Below, one piece after another: positions 1-9,225 of a stretch of DNA of 64,000 nucleotides (positions are counted from its first letter, which is position 1; every line of letters begins with the position of its first letter). The position numbers were made by a program, and so were the translations under genes. Source of the stretch: Myxococcota bacterium (GTDB lineage: Bacteria > Myxococcota_A > SURF-8); assembly GCA_963674735.2 (NCBI GenBank), contig CAXXQS010000002.1:1120001-1184000 (forward strand), written 5' to 3'. The notes beneath the pieces were generated by a model. It ran no database searches, was not told the origin of the DNA, and worked only from the letters and a program-made list of their open reading frames with translations.

Positions 1-23
1 AGTTGACGTTTCAAGAAAATCAT
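1..23 (-). CDS. Partial CDS (N-terminus MIFLKRQL...), next gene of the DUF6754 operon, runs off the window
   Basis: ATG at 23 with GGAG SD-like sequence upstream, 10 nt after the stop of 34..1554; only 7 full codons visible. Confidence 0.55.
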
Positions 24-33
24 GGCTTCTCCC

Positions 34-1554
34 TCAGAACGACTCGGTCAAATAGTAGATCCACATCCAACCCAGGCTGGACAGCAGCACCCCTAAGGTG
101 GCCACGGCGATCAGCACGCCCTTGGTGAGATCCTGCGCCTTCAGGCTGGCCAGCAGCTTGGGATCGCGCGACAAATACGCGCTGGCGGCGTAAAGTTCCT
201 CCCCCATCAGGGTGTAATCACAGGTGGTGATGAAGAAGGGAAGCTGGGTGTAGCTGTCGGTTCCGGCGATCTGGATGGCTCCGATGTGGGAACCCGTCTC
301 GGTCAGCAGCAGCGCCTCGGCGTAGTAGTAGCCGAAAAAGAAATTCGAGGCCGGGCGCTCGCGCAGAAACATGCCTTCCACACCGGTGGCGTAGGAAAAC
401 TGATCCTGGCTGACATAGAACACGTGGTCTTCGTTATAAAGGTCGGGGCGTCCGGCGCGCAGGTAGGCTTCCTTCACCACTTCCTGACTGACGGCCAAGA
501 CCACCGGATCGCGGTTGGTAACCTTGAACTCGGTGCCGTATTCCGCCACTTTTTCGGCGATCTTGCCGAGAATGTTGATGGCGGCCACGGTGCTGATGGT
601 GGCGACGGTGGCCAGTCCGTGCACGAAGAAAATCGGCTTGCCCATCTCGGTCGCGCGCCCGATGGCTTCGTCCACCGCTTCCAAGCCCGCAATGCGGCGC
701 ACGAAAATCTGTTCCGGATTTTTTCGCGCCCGCCAGGTGTAGAAAAGAATCAGCACGGCCATGAGCAGCGCTATAAAGAGGTTGTTGAGTTTATTGGAGT
801 TGATCCAGTTCCCGACAGGCGCTTGGACGCGCGTCGCCTGTAAGCCGTCCTGCACGCCGCCGATCACGCTGAGACGCAGATGATACGGATGCCCGGTTTC
901 CAAGCGCGTACTTTCGGGCGGCGTCCAGTTTTCGAGGCGCGCCAGAGTACGCGTGGCGTTCTCATGGCGGCTATACAGTGCGGCCAGTTGGTTGTCGCGG
1001 CGCAAGTAAGCTTCCACGTCACGGCTGGCACGCAGACGCGCGTCGCCTTCGGCGGCGTCCATACGCTGCTTGAGCGGTGTTAAACCCGCGATAAAAGCGG
1101 TGTACTCGTCTCCGGCCGCCCGCAGGTCTTCCTGCACCGCCTGCAACGTATCACCGGCAGCCACACGTTCGATCTCGGCTTTCTCGCGCAGCCGAGCGAC
1201 AACTTCCGCAGGCGGCGGCGCCGATGCAAATTTGAAGGCGTGGCGCGCCTGCGGGTCTTCGGGATGGCCGAAGATTTCGGGGTATTCCAGCGCCCACAGT
1301 TTGTCGCAAGGCGCCTCGATGAGTGTTTTCCAGGGACCGTCCGCAGCGGGAGCCACGGAAAGGCGGTAGGAGACACCCTCCCCTTCGAAGCTCTGGCGGT
1401 CCCAGGCGACGGTCAGGCTGTGTCCCGCATCGTCGGGGGTGTCGAAAAGCTCGAAGCCGACCCAGTCGGCCGCCCCAAGCGACGGCAAAAACAAGAAACA
1501 AAGGACGACGATCCAGCCGATCGTATTAAGGCATCTGCGCACCGGTTCCTTCAC
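34..1554 (-). CDS. DUF6754-type membrane protein with signal peptide and FN3-like extracytoplasmic domain
   Basis: 506 aa; C-terminal half IFVRRIAGLEAVDEAIGRATEMGKP...QIAGTD...PFFITTCDYTLMGEELYAASAYLS matches my recollection of DUF6754; TM helices flank it. Confidence 0.75.
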   Translation of the reverse strand: MKEPVRRCLNTIGWIVVLCFLFLPSLGAADWVGFELFDTPDDAGHSLTVAWDRQSFEGEGVSYRLSVAPAADGPWKTLIEAPCDKLWALEYPEIFGHPEDPQARHAFKFASAPPPAEVVARLREKAEIERVAAGDTLQAVQEDLRAAGDEYTAFIAGLTPLKQRMDAAEGDARLRASRDVEAYLRRDNQLAALYSRHENATRTLARLENWTPPESTRLETGHPYHLRLSVIGGVQDGLQATRVQAPVGNWINSNKLNNLFIALLMAVLILFYTWRARKNPEQIFVRRIAGLEAVDEAIGRATEMGKPIFFVHGLATVATISTVAAINILGKIAEKVAEYGTEFKVTNRDPVVLAVSQEVVKEAYLRAGRPDLYNEDHVFYVSQDQFSYATGVEGMFLRERPASNFFFGYYYAEALLLTETGSHIGAIQIAGTDSYTQLPFFITTCDYTLMGEELYAASAYLSRDPKLLASLKAQDLTKGVLIAVATLGVLLSSLGWMWIYYLTESF

Positions 1555-1918
1555 TTTCCGAAGACTCTTCCGCCTCCTGGCTGCGCTGCTCGATCAAACG
1601 AATCAAGCGCCCCAGGGTGGCACGATCTTCCAGTAAAAGGGTGAAACGGTCGTAATCACCGGCATTTTTGAAAACAAGGCGCACGAAGGGGCGCAAAAAC
1701 GCCAGAGCCTGGGCACCCAGAAAATTGAGGGGTCGACAGGTTTCGAGCGTCAAGACAGCCACTTCCGCCAGCTTGCGGCGCACCAGAAAATCCACCATGC
1801 GATCCAATAACACCTGGTCGGAAGCGCTGAAAGCCGGACCCGGATCCAGGGCGAAGGCATGCCGCAGCCAAGCGCGCAAACCGTCAGGTTTGGATTGAGT
1901 CGAGTCGTGAGCGGACAA
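1526..1918 (-). CDS. Conserved hypothetical protein (130 aa)
   Basis: TTG start at 1918 preceded by AGGAGG; overlaps both neighbours; motif VRRKLAEVAVLTLETCRPLNFLGAQAL. Confidence 0.7.
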   Translation of the reverse strand: MSAHDSTQSKPDGLRAWLRHAFALDPGPAFSASDQVLLDRMVDFLVRRKLAEVAVLTLETCRPLNFLGAQALAFLRPFVRLVFKNAGDYDRFTLLLEDRATLGRLIRLIEQRSQEAEESSESEGTGAQMP

Positions 1919-2294
1919 AATCGAGCACCTCCTGTTGGCGTCCCGGACAGCGGATATACTCGCCCCGAAAGGCATCCAGCCGCGAAGGTCGCCGATAGGG
2001 CGAACAAAAAACTCCCGCCTCATCGGCCACGGCACGAGCGAAATCCGTCCAGGGACGAAAACGGCGCAGGGGCCAGATGCGCAGGGTCAACCCGCGTTCA
2101 TCGAGTTGGGCTTCACTGCGCAAAACGATGTCGCGCAGGGCGAAGGCCAAAACTCCGGCGGCGAACACCCCCCACCCGACATGTCCCATATAAAGAGCGG
2201 CCCCGACGCAAACCACGAGGAAAATCCCTACTAATAATAATGACTTCCAACGCGGCATCTCGGCGACAGGGCGCGACGCGATTCGCAAATTCAT
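1884..2294 (-). CDS. Hypothetical membrane protein (2 TM plus small beta domain)
   Basis: 136 aa ORF, two hydrophobic segments, first gene of the minus-strand unit. Confidence 0.65.
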   Translation of the reverse strand: MNLRIASRPVAEMPRWKSLLLVGIFLVVCVGAALYMGHVGWGVFAAGVLAFALRDIVLRSEAQLDERGLTLRIWPLRRFRPWTDFARAVADEAGVFCSPYRRPSRLDAFRGEYIRCPGRQQEVLDFVRSRLDSIQT

Positions 2295-2563
2295 GGTTTC
2301 ACAGTTTCGCCGCTTCCGAGTGTAACGCGTGGTAGCATAGCACAGCCGACCGGCGACGCAAGCCCTTTCGGAATTGAATCCCCCCTCTTTCGAGGCGAAA
2401 GCCCGCTCTCGCGAAAAAGCGTTGGACCCAATGTTAAAAGTCGGTTATGATTCGCCCAGCCACGTCGTATGACGACAACTTACCGGATGTACAGACGGTT
2501 TTATGATTTCATTTCTCAGATTCGCGCCGCGCATGCAGACGTCGCGGCGGGAAAGGACGGAAA

Positions 2564-4231
2564 ATGTCTCGATCCATCCTGCGTATCGCTGCGGTTGCAG
2601 CGGCCTTCACCATCCTGGGCTTGGGGCTTACCGGCTGTCCGAACATCGGCCAGGACGACCCGGAAACCTGCACCTATGATACCTGCCCCATCGCCATCAC
2701 CAACCCCGACTGGGGCGTGTTGCCGTTGCCCAATAATCTGTTGAACCCCGTTTTTCAGTCCGATATCCCGCTTGTGATCCCGGGCGTCGAAGCGGAAGAA
2801 GAGCCGCCCACCGGCATGAATCTACCCGTCGTCGATGACGACACGGTCGCATTTCGCGAAGAACTGGGTTATCCCGCCGTTCTCGACACCGAACTCAGCC
2901 GACAACTGATCGGCGGTATGAATAAGCTCGACGGTTACGTGCCCGGCTTCATCCCGCGCATCCCCGTCTCGCAGCCCATCGACGTCGCCAGCCTGACTCC
3001 CTTCGAAGCCGAGTTGGATGGCGAGGGAAACATCCTGTCGTCCAACGCCGAGACGGCCAATCTGTTCTTCCTCGACATCACCGATCGCGACGCGGTCAAG
3101 CCCATCGCGCCCGACAAATACCACCGCATTTTCAACGCCGAATTGGTGGAGACCCTGCCCTATCAACTGACCCTGCGCAACACCGCCTCGCTGTTCTTGC
3201 CCGACGATTTCGAGCAGGGACACACCTATTTGATGCTGATGACCGGCCTCAAAGACGATATCGGCGTTAAAGACACCAACGGCCAGCCCTTCTGGCCCGA
3301 CGGCTATTTCTCGATCTTCGCCTCGGAAAATCCCTACATTTTCCCGGATGGTTATCCACGCAACAACGTCATAGCCAATCCCGATCCGGCTGTACGCCTG
3401 GCAAAAATTCAGGAAGCCGAAGGCGCGCGTCAGATCACCGGCTTCGGTTTGGATCTGTGGCAGAACCTGGTTGGGGAAAGCCGCAGCCGTAGCGAAGTGA
3501 TTTCGGCCACGCATTTCACCATCACCAGCAACCCGCTGGCCGACTTCTTCGACCCGGCCGCCGCCAGCTTGCCCAACCGCAATCCGCTGCTGCCCAAACC
3601 GGCCGATGCACTGGTGTACGACAGCGATTTCGCCGTTCAGGAAGAAGCTGCGGAAGCCGACTGCAATCCGTCCATCACATTCAGCCTGTCGCGCCCGCTG
3701 GACGCGGACACCGTCACCGACGCCAATATCGCCCTCTACAAAATGGGCTCCGACGACAATTACGAAGCGGTGGACATCTCGGTGAGCGTCACCAACAACG
3801 ACGACGCCCAGACCGCCGCCGTCACCCTCACCCCGGATGACGCACTCGATCCCGACAGCAGCTACATGGTGGCCTTGTCCAACCGGGTGAAGGGCAAAAA
3901 CGGCCGCAACTCCGCCGACCAAACCTATTTCGGCCTGGCGCGCGTAACCACCGCATTGATCGAGGATGGCCAGTATTTGTCCCCCTACCTCGACAGCCGC
4001 GTCGACACACTCATTTTCATGAACAAAACCGGAGCGTTGGACAGCCTCGACAACATCGACGAGGAGGCCCTGCAAACGGCTACCGACACGCTGGCACGGG
4101 TTTTGAATCTGCTTGAAGCCTATCGCAAGAAATACGAGAAGCCGATCACCTGGCTGGTGGATTCGGAGTTCGTCACGGCCCGTGAAGATGTGGCCCTGTT
4201 CTGGACCTTCAGCACCGGCGCTTGCCAATAA
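2564..4231 (+). CDS. Lipoprotein with VolA/Pla-1 lipase N-terminal-like region and Ig-like (Big_5-type) domain
   Basis: Lipobox LTGC; motifs LPLPNNLL and MNKLDGY; Ig-like segment ITFSLSRPLDADTV...LTPDDALDPDSSYMV; AAGGA SD. Confidence 0.7.
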   Translation: MSRSILRIAAVAAAFTILGLGLTGCPNIGQDDPETCTYDTCPIAITNPDWGVLPLPNNLLNPVFQSDIPLVIPGVEAEEEPPTGMNLPVVDDDTVAFREELGYPAVLDTELSRQLIGGMNKLDGYVPGFIPRIPVSQPIDVASLTPFEAELDGEGNILSSNAETANLFFLDITDRDAVKPIAPDKYHRIFNAELVETLPYQLTLRNTASLFLPDDFEQGHTYLMLMTGLKDDIGVKDTNGQPFWPDGYFSIFASENPYIFPDGYPRNNVIANPDPAVRLAKIQEAEGARQITGFGLDLWQNLVGESRSRSEVISATHFTITSNPLADFFDPAAASLPNRNPLLPKPADALVYDSDFAVQEEAAEADCNPSITFSLSRPLDADTVTDANIALYKMGSDDNYEAVDISVSVTNNDDAQTAAVTLTPDDALDPDSSYMVALSNRVKGKNGRNSADQTYFGLARVTTALIEDGQYLSPYLDSRVDTLIFMNKTGALDSLDNIDEEALQTATDTLARVLNLLEAYRKKYEKPITWLVDSEFVTAREDVALFWTFSTGACQ

Positions 4232-4242
4232 GGGGGGATAAC

Positions 4243-5619
4243 ATGACCACGATGAAACACAACAGCCAAACGATCCGCCTCTCTCTCGTTATCCTCGCCG
4301 CGCTGTGGCTCCTGCCCGCGACGGCTTTCGCCAATGCCTTCTTCATCCAGGAAATGTCGGGCGACGGCATGGCTCAAGGTGGCGCGGTCGTGGCCGGGGG
4401 CACCAAGCCCTCCTCCATGTTCCAAAACGCCGCCAACCTGGCCTTCATCCCCGATCTGAATTTCGAACTGGTCGCCACCACCTACATTCCCCAAGTGCTG
4501 AGCTACACCAACCCGCAAGGGGAAACGACCGACAGCACCACTCCGGCGCAGGTGGTTCCCCACGCTTTCGCCTCCTTCAAAATCAACGACTGGCTGGCCG
4601 TCGGCATCGGCGAATTCGTCGACTTCGGTCTGGCGGTCAACTGGCCCGACGATTGGGAGGGCCGCCATATCATCATCGACGCAGCCATGAACTCCTTTAC
4701 CCTCAACCCCAACGTCGCCTTCGGACCCTGGCACGGCTTCGCCTTCGCGGTCGGGTTGGATGTCAAATGGGGAGCCGTAACCATCAAGCGCGCCCTGACT
4801 CTCGGCCTCAACCCCTACGGCGACGATGCGCCCAACACCCTCGAACTGGGCGGCCAGGCCTGGGGCTTCGGTGCCAACCTGGGCGTGATCTATCAGCCGG
4901 TGGACTGGGTGCGCCTGGGCATGAGCTACCGCTCCGGTATCAAAATGGCCATGAAAGGCGGAAAGGCCGATTTCGATGTCGCCACCCTTTACGCCGACCG
5001 CTTCCCCGATCAGGAATTCGACGCCACCATCAATCTGCCGCATCTGCTAAACTGGGGTGCGCGTTTCTATCCGGTGGAGAATTTCTCCTTCGAATTGGAT
5101 GTGTGGCTGACGATGTGGTCCTCCTACGACACCCTGAAGTTCACCTTCAGCGAAGGCCTCAAAGAAGGCCCGGAAAAAACCGTGAAGGTGCAGGAAGAAG
5201 CTCAAAACTTCAAAGATTTCATTCAAGTGCGGCTTGGTGGCGAATGGTGGTTCCACGAACACTTCGCCATGCGTTTCGGCGTCATGCTCGACGGCAATGT
5301 GGTTCCGTCCGACACCCTGAGCCCCATGCTGCCCGACGGGCATCGCATCAATTCCTGCTTGGGAATCGGCACGGAATGGTCCGGTTTTTACCTGGATCTG
5401 GCCTACATGCTGGTTTACATGCTGCCGCGCGACATGTCGGACAACGTAAACAACCCGCTGCCCGGCAAATACAAGTGGGTGGTACACGACATCACCGTCG
5501 GCGTGGGCTACCACTTCGATCCTTTCTTCAAAGATCAGGCTCCGGCGGAAGAGGAAGCCCCGATCGACGATCCCGCGGAGGCACCGTCCATCGCTCCGGT
5601 GGAACCGGTCCAGTCGTAA
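4243..5619 (+). CDS. fadL: FadL/OmpP1-family outer-membrane transporter
   Basis: Signal peptide then ANAFFIQEMS...GGAVVA...SMFQNAANL hatch; beta-barrel pattern; LSPMLPD motif. Confidence 0.88.
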   Translation: MTTMKHNSQTIRLSLVILAALWLLPATAFANAFFIQEMSGDGMAQGGAVVAGGTKPSSMFQNAANLAFIPDLNFELVATTYIPQVLSYTNPQGETTDSTTPAQVVPHAFASFKINDWLAVGIGEFVDFGLAVNWPDDWEGRHIIIDAAMNSFTLNPNVAFGPWHGFAFAVGLDVKWGAVTIKRALTLGLNPYGDDAPNTLELGGQAWGFGANLGVIYQPVDWVRLGMSYRSGIKMAMKGGKADFDVATLYADRFPDQEFDATINLPHLLNWGARFYPVENFSFELDVWLTMWSSYDTLKFTFSEGLKEGPEKTVKVQEEAQNFKDFIQVRLGGEWWFHEHFAMRFGVMLDGNVVPSDTLSPMLPDGHRINSCLGIGTEWSGFYLDLAYMLVYMLPRDMSDNVNNPLPGKYKWVVHDITVGVGYHFDPFFKDQAPAEEEAPIDDPAEAPSIAPVEPVQS

Positions 5620-5655
5620 ACGTGTGAAGTTTCAGGACGTAGTCGAGGCAAGCGG

Positions 5656-6264
5656 ATGCCCGAACAGCAAGATACGACACTGGTTATTCTGTGCGGCGGC
5701 CGCGCCGCCCGGCTGGAGGGTCGTCCGAAAGGTCTGATCGAAATCGGCGGCACGAGCATCATCGAGCGTCAGTTCGCGGCGCTCGAACCGCTGGTTCAGG
5801 CCACGTTGATCATCACCAACGACCCGGCGGCCTATGCCCATCTGGGCCGCGATTGTCTGTGCGATACGGTGGCCGGACTCGGACCCATCGGCGGCTTGCT
5901 CACGGCGCTGGGCCATATCGAAACGCCCCAACTGCTGCTGGTCGCCTGCGACATGCCGTTTGTCTCTCCGAATCTCGCGGCTCACCTGCTGGCCGTGCAC
6001 CCGGAGGCGGCCATGGTCATTTGCGAGCTTGGTGGCCGCCCCGAACCCATGCTGTGCCGAGTGGCCCATCGCACCCTCGACGCGCTGCGCAGCCAAGTGC
6101 GGGCCGGTCATTACAAGATGGCGGATTTCTTTCGCGCCGTCGACGCCCAGGTGGTGCCGGAAACGCGCATCAAACGGCTCGATCCCAGTTTGCGAAGCTT
6201 CGTCAATATCAATACGCCAGGTGACGTGCAGCACTGGCAGAGACTGACCGATCCGGACGACTGA
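5656..6264 (+). CDS. mobA: Molybdenum cofactor guanylyltransferase
   Basis: LCGGRAARL..PKG, GPIGGL, ACDMPF, NINTPGD motifs. Confidence 0.9.
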   Translation: MPEQQDTTLVILCGGRAARLEGRPKGLIEIGGTSIIERQFAALEPLVQATLIITNDPAAYAHLGRDCLCDTVAGLGPIGGLLTALGHIETPQLLLVACDMPFVSPNLAAHLLAVHPEAAMVICELGGRPEPMLCRVAHRTLDALRSQVRAGHYKMADFFRAVDAQVVPETRIKRLDPSLRSFVNINTPGDVQHWQRLTDPDD

Positions 6265-6288
6265 TCCCGATCCTTTTCGAATGGATGG

Positions 6289-6322
6289 CGGGCGGCGATT
6301 CTTTCGCCGCTCGTTTTTTTTT
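6289..6322 (+). terminator. Rho-independent terminator after mobA
   Basis: Stem CGGGCGGCGA/TCGCCGCTCG followed by T9. Confidence 0.8.
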
Positions 6323-6338
6323 GTGGAAAGGGTCGCCC

Positions 6339-7193
6339 TTAGTGCGACAGATTCAGAAGCAGGGTGCGCAGAATTTTAGCGGCGGTAACGCTGGAGACCC
6401 CGCTGCCATCCAGACCCGGCGACAGCTCGACCACGTCAGCGGCCACGATGTCGGCGTGGGTCAGTTCGCGCAGCAGATCGTCGAGTTCACGGAAGCTCAA
6501 GCCGCCCGGCTCCGGCGTTCCGGTTCCGGGCAACACCGACGGATCCAGCACGTCCAGATCCAGCGTCAGATAAACCGGACGACCTCGAAGCTGTTCAACC
6601 AGCGCGGCTGCCGCCTCCCGCGTCGCCGGACGCAGCGTGTCGTGGGCGCGCATGAAGCGCCATTCGTCCCGCGTACCGGAGCGAATGCCGAATTGGAACA
6701 GTCGCTCGGGGGCCAAGCTTTCGAGCGCCCGGCGAATCACGCAGGCGTGCGACAATTCGACGCCCAGATAATCCTCACGCAGATCGGCATGGGCATCCAG
6801 ATGCAGCAGGCAAAGATCGGGGTGATGCGCGGCCGCCGCCTCGATGGCCGGCAAGGAAACGGTGTGTTCGCCGCCCAGCAGAAGCGGTTTCAAGCCGCGC
6901 GCCCAGGCGGTGTCGATCGCCTCGCGGATACAGCCGAGGGCCAGGGCCGTGTCGCCGATGGGTAATGTGATATCGCCCAGATCGACGAAGCCGGTTTCGT
7001 CCAGGCTGCGATCGCTGATGGGGCAGTATTCTTCGACGGCTTGAGAGGCCAGACGCAGGGCCACCGTCCCCTCCCGCGATCCGGCGCGATAGCTGGAGGT
7101 CGCGTCGAAAGGCGCGCCGACCAGCGCCCAGGCACCTTCGGAAGATTCTTCGGCCGCACTCAGAAACGGCTGTACCGGAATCCAGTCGACCAT
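6339..7193 (-). CDS. speB: Agmatinase / ureohydrolase
   Basis: GGEHTVS, DAHADLR, DLDVLDPS..PGTGTPEPGG Mn-binding motifs. Confidence 0.93.
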   Translation of the reverse strand: MVDWIPVQPFLSAAEESSEGAWALVGAPFDATSSYRAGSREGTVALRLASQAVEEYCPISDRSLDETGFVDLGDITLPIGDTALALGCIREAIDTAWARGLKPLLLGGEHTVSLPAIEAAAAHHPDLCLLHLDAHADLREDYLGVELSHACVIRRALESLAPERLFQFGIRSGTRDEWRFMRAHDTLRPATREAAAALVEQLRGRPVYLTLDLDVLDPSVLPGTGTPEPGGLSFRELDDLLRELTHADIVAADVVELSPGLDGSGVSSVTAAKILRTLLLNLSH

Positions 7194-7207
7194 GGAACAG
7201 CCCTCCG

Positions 7208-8038
7208 TTACAGGCGCATGTTTTTAGGAAGCATAAACGCGCCCCGTTGCAGATCGGGGTGGTAATAGCGCAAACCCTCCATGCGATTTGCGCGGTCGAG
7301 ATCGAACGCACGCCAGGGGTCGCGGTCGTCGGACGCAAAACCGAAGCTCCAGAATCCGCTTGGATACATGGGAACGGCGGAAGCGTAAGCGTGTACTTCG
7401 CCGAAGACTTGGCGCAGCTCCGTAAAGGGCCGTCGCCAGGTTGATTCCTGGTAAAAAATCGATTCGGTCTGTTGCACGAAAATACCGCCCGGCTTGAGGG
7501 CAGTTTTTACATTTCGGTAAAACGGTTCGCGGAACAAGCCTTCGGCAAAACCGATCGGGTCGGTGGAATCGACGATGATGACGTCGAAAGCGGCCGGATG
7601 TTCCTTGATATAGCCGATTCCGTCCCCCACGAAAACTTCCGCCCGGGGATGCTCGAAACCGACGGCCGTAAAGGGCAGATGCTCTTTCGACAGCCGGATC
7701 ACCATCTCGTCGATCTCGCATAACACCGCCCGCTGCACGCCCGGGTGACGCGTCACTTCGCGCAGGGTGCCGCCGTCGCCGCCGCCGATCACCAACACCT
7801 GCTTGGGATCGGGATGGGCAAACAGCGCGGGATGCACCAGCATTTCGTGATAGGTGAACTCGTGCCGCTCGGTGAGCATGACGAAACCGTCGAGCGTCAT
7901 CACCCGACCCAGGTAGGCGTTGTCGAAAATCTCGCAGGTCTGATACGGCGAGGTCTCGTGGGCGATTTCGCGATCGACGCGAATCGTCATTCCATAGGCG
8001 TTCTCATTCAATTCGGAATACCAGCGAGGCTCGCTCAT
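7208..8038 (-). CDS. speE: Polyamine aminopropyltransferase (spermidine synthase)
   Basis: Start MSEPRWYSE at 8038; YHEMLVHP, LVIGGGDGG, DVIIVDSTDP motifs. Confidence 0.95.
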   Translation of the reverse strand: MSEPRWYSELNENAYGMTIRVDREIAHETSPYQTCEIFDNAYLGRVMTLDGFVMLTERHEFTYHEMLVHPALFAHPDPKQVLVIGGGDGGTLREVTRHPGVQRAVLCEIDEMVIRLSKEHLPFTAVGFEHPRAEVFVGDGIGYIKEHPAAFDVIIVDSTDPIGFAEGLFREPFYRNVKTALKPGGIFVQQTESIFYQESTWRRPFTELRQVFGEVHAYASAVPMYPSGFWSFGFASDDRDPWRAFDLDRANRMEGLRYYHPDLQRGAFMLPKNMRL

Positions 8039-8067
8039 ATCGACTCGGTCCTTTCTTCTGCGACGTG

Positions 8068-8553
8068 TCAGGCTTCCAGCAGCGATTCGGGATACAACAC
8101 CACTCCGGCAAACGCCACCCCGACGGACGCCACTTCGTGCTCCGTGCTGATCGAGACGACCCGTTCCACCTCGAAACCGCGAACCCGCATCGCTTCCTCG
8201 GCCATGGAACGGACGATCCGCTCGACATCCTCGGCATGACCGCGCGCGCTGTATTCCATAATCACGCCCGGCAGAGTCGGATCTTTCGGCACCGCCACCG
8301 CCACCGCCGCCGCCACGATCTCCTGCGGCGTCGTCGAATGAATCGATCCATAGGCGATGGGCGTGTAGGAACCGTAAGGCAACGGACGGATATCGCTCTG
8401 CACCGTGTGCGGCGGCAAGATGGACGACAACCGGATCAGGTTGACGTTCCCCACCCCGGCATCCAGCAGGGCATTGTCGAAAGCGTTGAGCGGAGTATAC
8501 CCCTCCGCGTGTCCGGCACATAAAAAGAAATGCGTCGGTTTAAGATGCAACAT
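8068..8553 (-). CDS. pdaD: Pyruvoyl-dependent arginine decarboxylase
   Basis: LNAFDNALLDAGVGNVNLIRLSSILPP with Ser-Ser self-cleavage site; GVIMEYS. Confidence 0.9.
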   Translation of the reverse strand: MLHLKPTHFFLCAGHAEGYTPLNAFDNALLDAGVGNVNLIRLSSILPPHTVQSDIRPLPYGSYTPIAYGSIHSTTPQEIVAAAVAVAVPKDPTLPGVIMEYSARGHAEDVERIVRSMAEEAMRVRGFEVERVVSISTEHEVASVGVAFAGVVLYPESLLEA

Positions 8554-8586
8554 CCCTTTTTCACTCCATTTTTTAAGGCGGATGCG

Positions 8587-8982
8587 TCAGTCGGCCTCTT
8601 CCGGCTTGAACGGCAGATCATCGCCGCCCAGCATGGGAAATAGACCGCGCTTTAGCTCGGTTTGCGAGGAGCGCTCGGATTTGAACACTTTACGCAGATG
8701 ATGAAACGCCAGCCAGGGGTCGACGTTCGTTCCGCAGGTGAACAAATCGAGCGCGGCATATCGATATTCTGGCCACGTATGAATGGAAAGGTGAGATTCC
8801 GCTATAACGACGGCGCCGGAAACCCCGTGAGGCGAGAATGTGTGAAAGACGTCGCCGACGATCGTCGCACCGGCGATTTCCGCTGCTCGCAGCATTTCCC
8901 GGCTAACGAATTCCTGATCGTTTAGAAGGATCGGGTCACAGTCATACATCTCGACCAGAATGTGTCGTCCCAATTCTTTCAA
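8587..8982 (-). CDS. speD: S-adenosylmethionine decarboxylase proenzyme
   Basis: TTG start at 8982 after GGGAGG; [27 protein letters not shown] motifs. Confidence 0.93.
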   Translation of the reverse strand: MKELGRHILVEMYDCDPILLNDQEFVSREMLRAAEIAGATIVGDVFHTFSPHGVSGAVVIAESHLSIHTWPEYRYAALDLFTCGTNVDPWLAFHHLRKVFKSERSSQTELKRGLFPMLGGDDLPFKPEEAD

Positions 8983-9096
8983 CGCATGTCCTCCCAGGAG
9001 CAAAAGGGGGGCCTGTGTCGCCAAGGCCGGTTGCACCCCAGTCAACACCAACCCGCCTCTCCGGCCGGAAGGGATCAGAGAAGGCGGTAAGGCGTG

Positions 9097-9124
9097 ATTA
9101 TAAGATCAAGGGGGGGGTTGTCAA
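9097..9124 (-). promoter_or_regulatory. Sigma70 promoter of the polyamine operon
   Basis: Minus strand TTGACA-16 bp-TATAAT, both hexamers perfect consensus. Confidence 0.75.
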
Positions 9125-9225
9125 GAAAAAAATATCGGAAAAGATTAATGGTTTCTACGGGGTTGCACAAGATTCACACCCTAAAAAAAACGGGAGTATG
9201 TGGGGGAAAATCACCGTTTTTTCGT

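Noticed and set aside
8039-8521. N-terminal extension of speE in the 437-aa ORF call
   Set aside because: Overlaps pdaD in another frame; the real start is ATG 8038 with an AGGA SD
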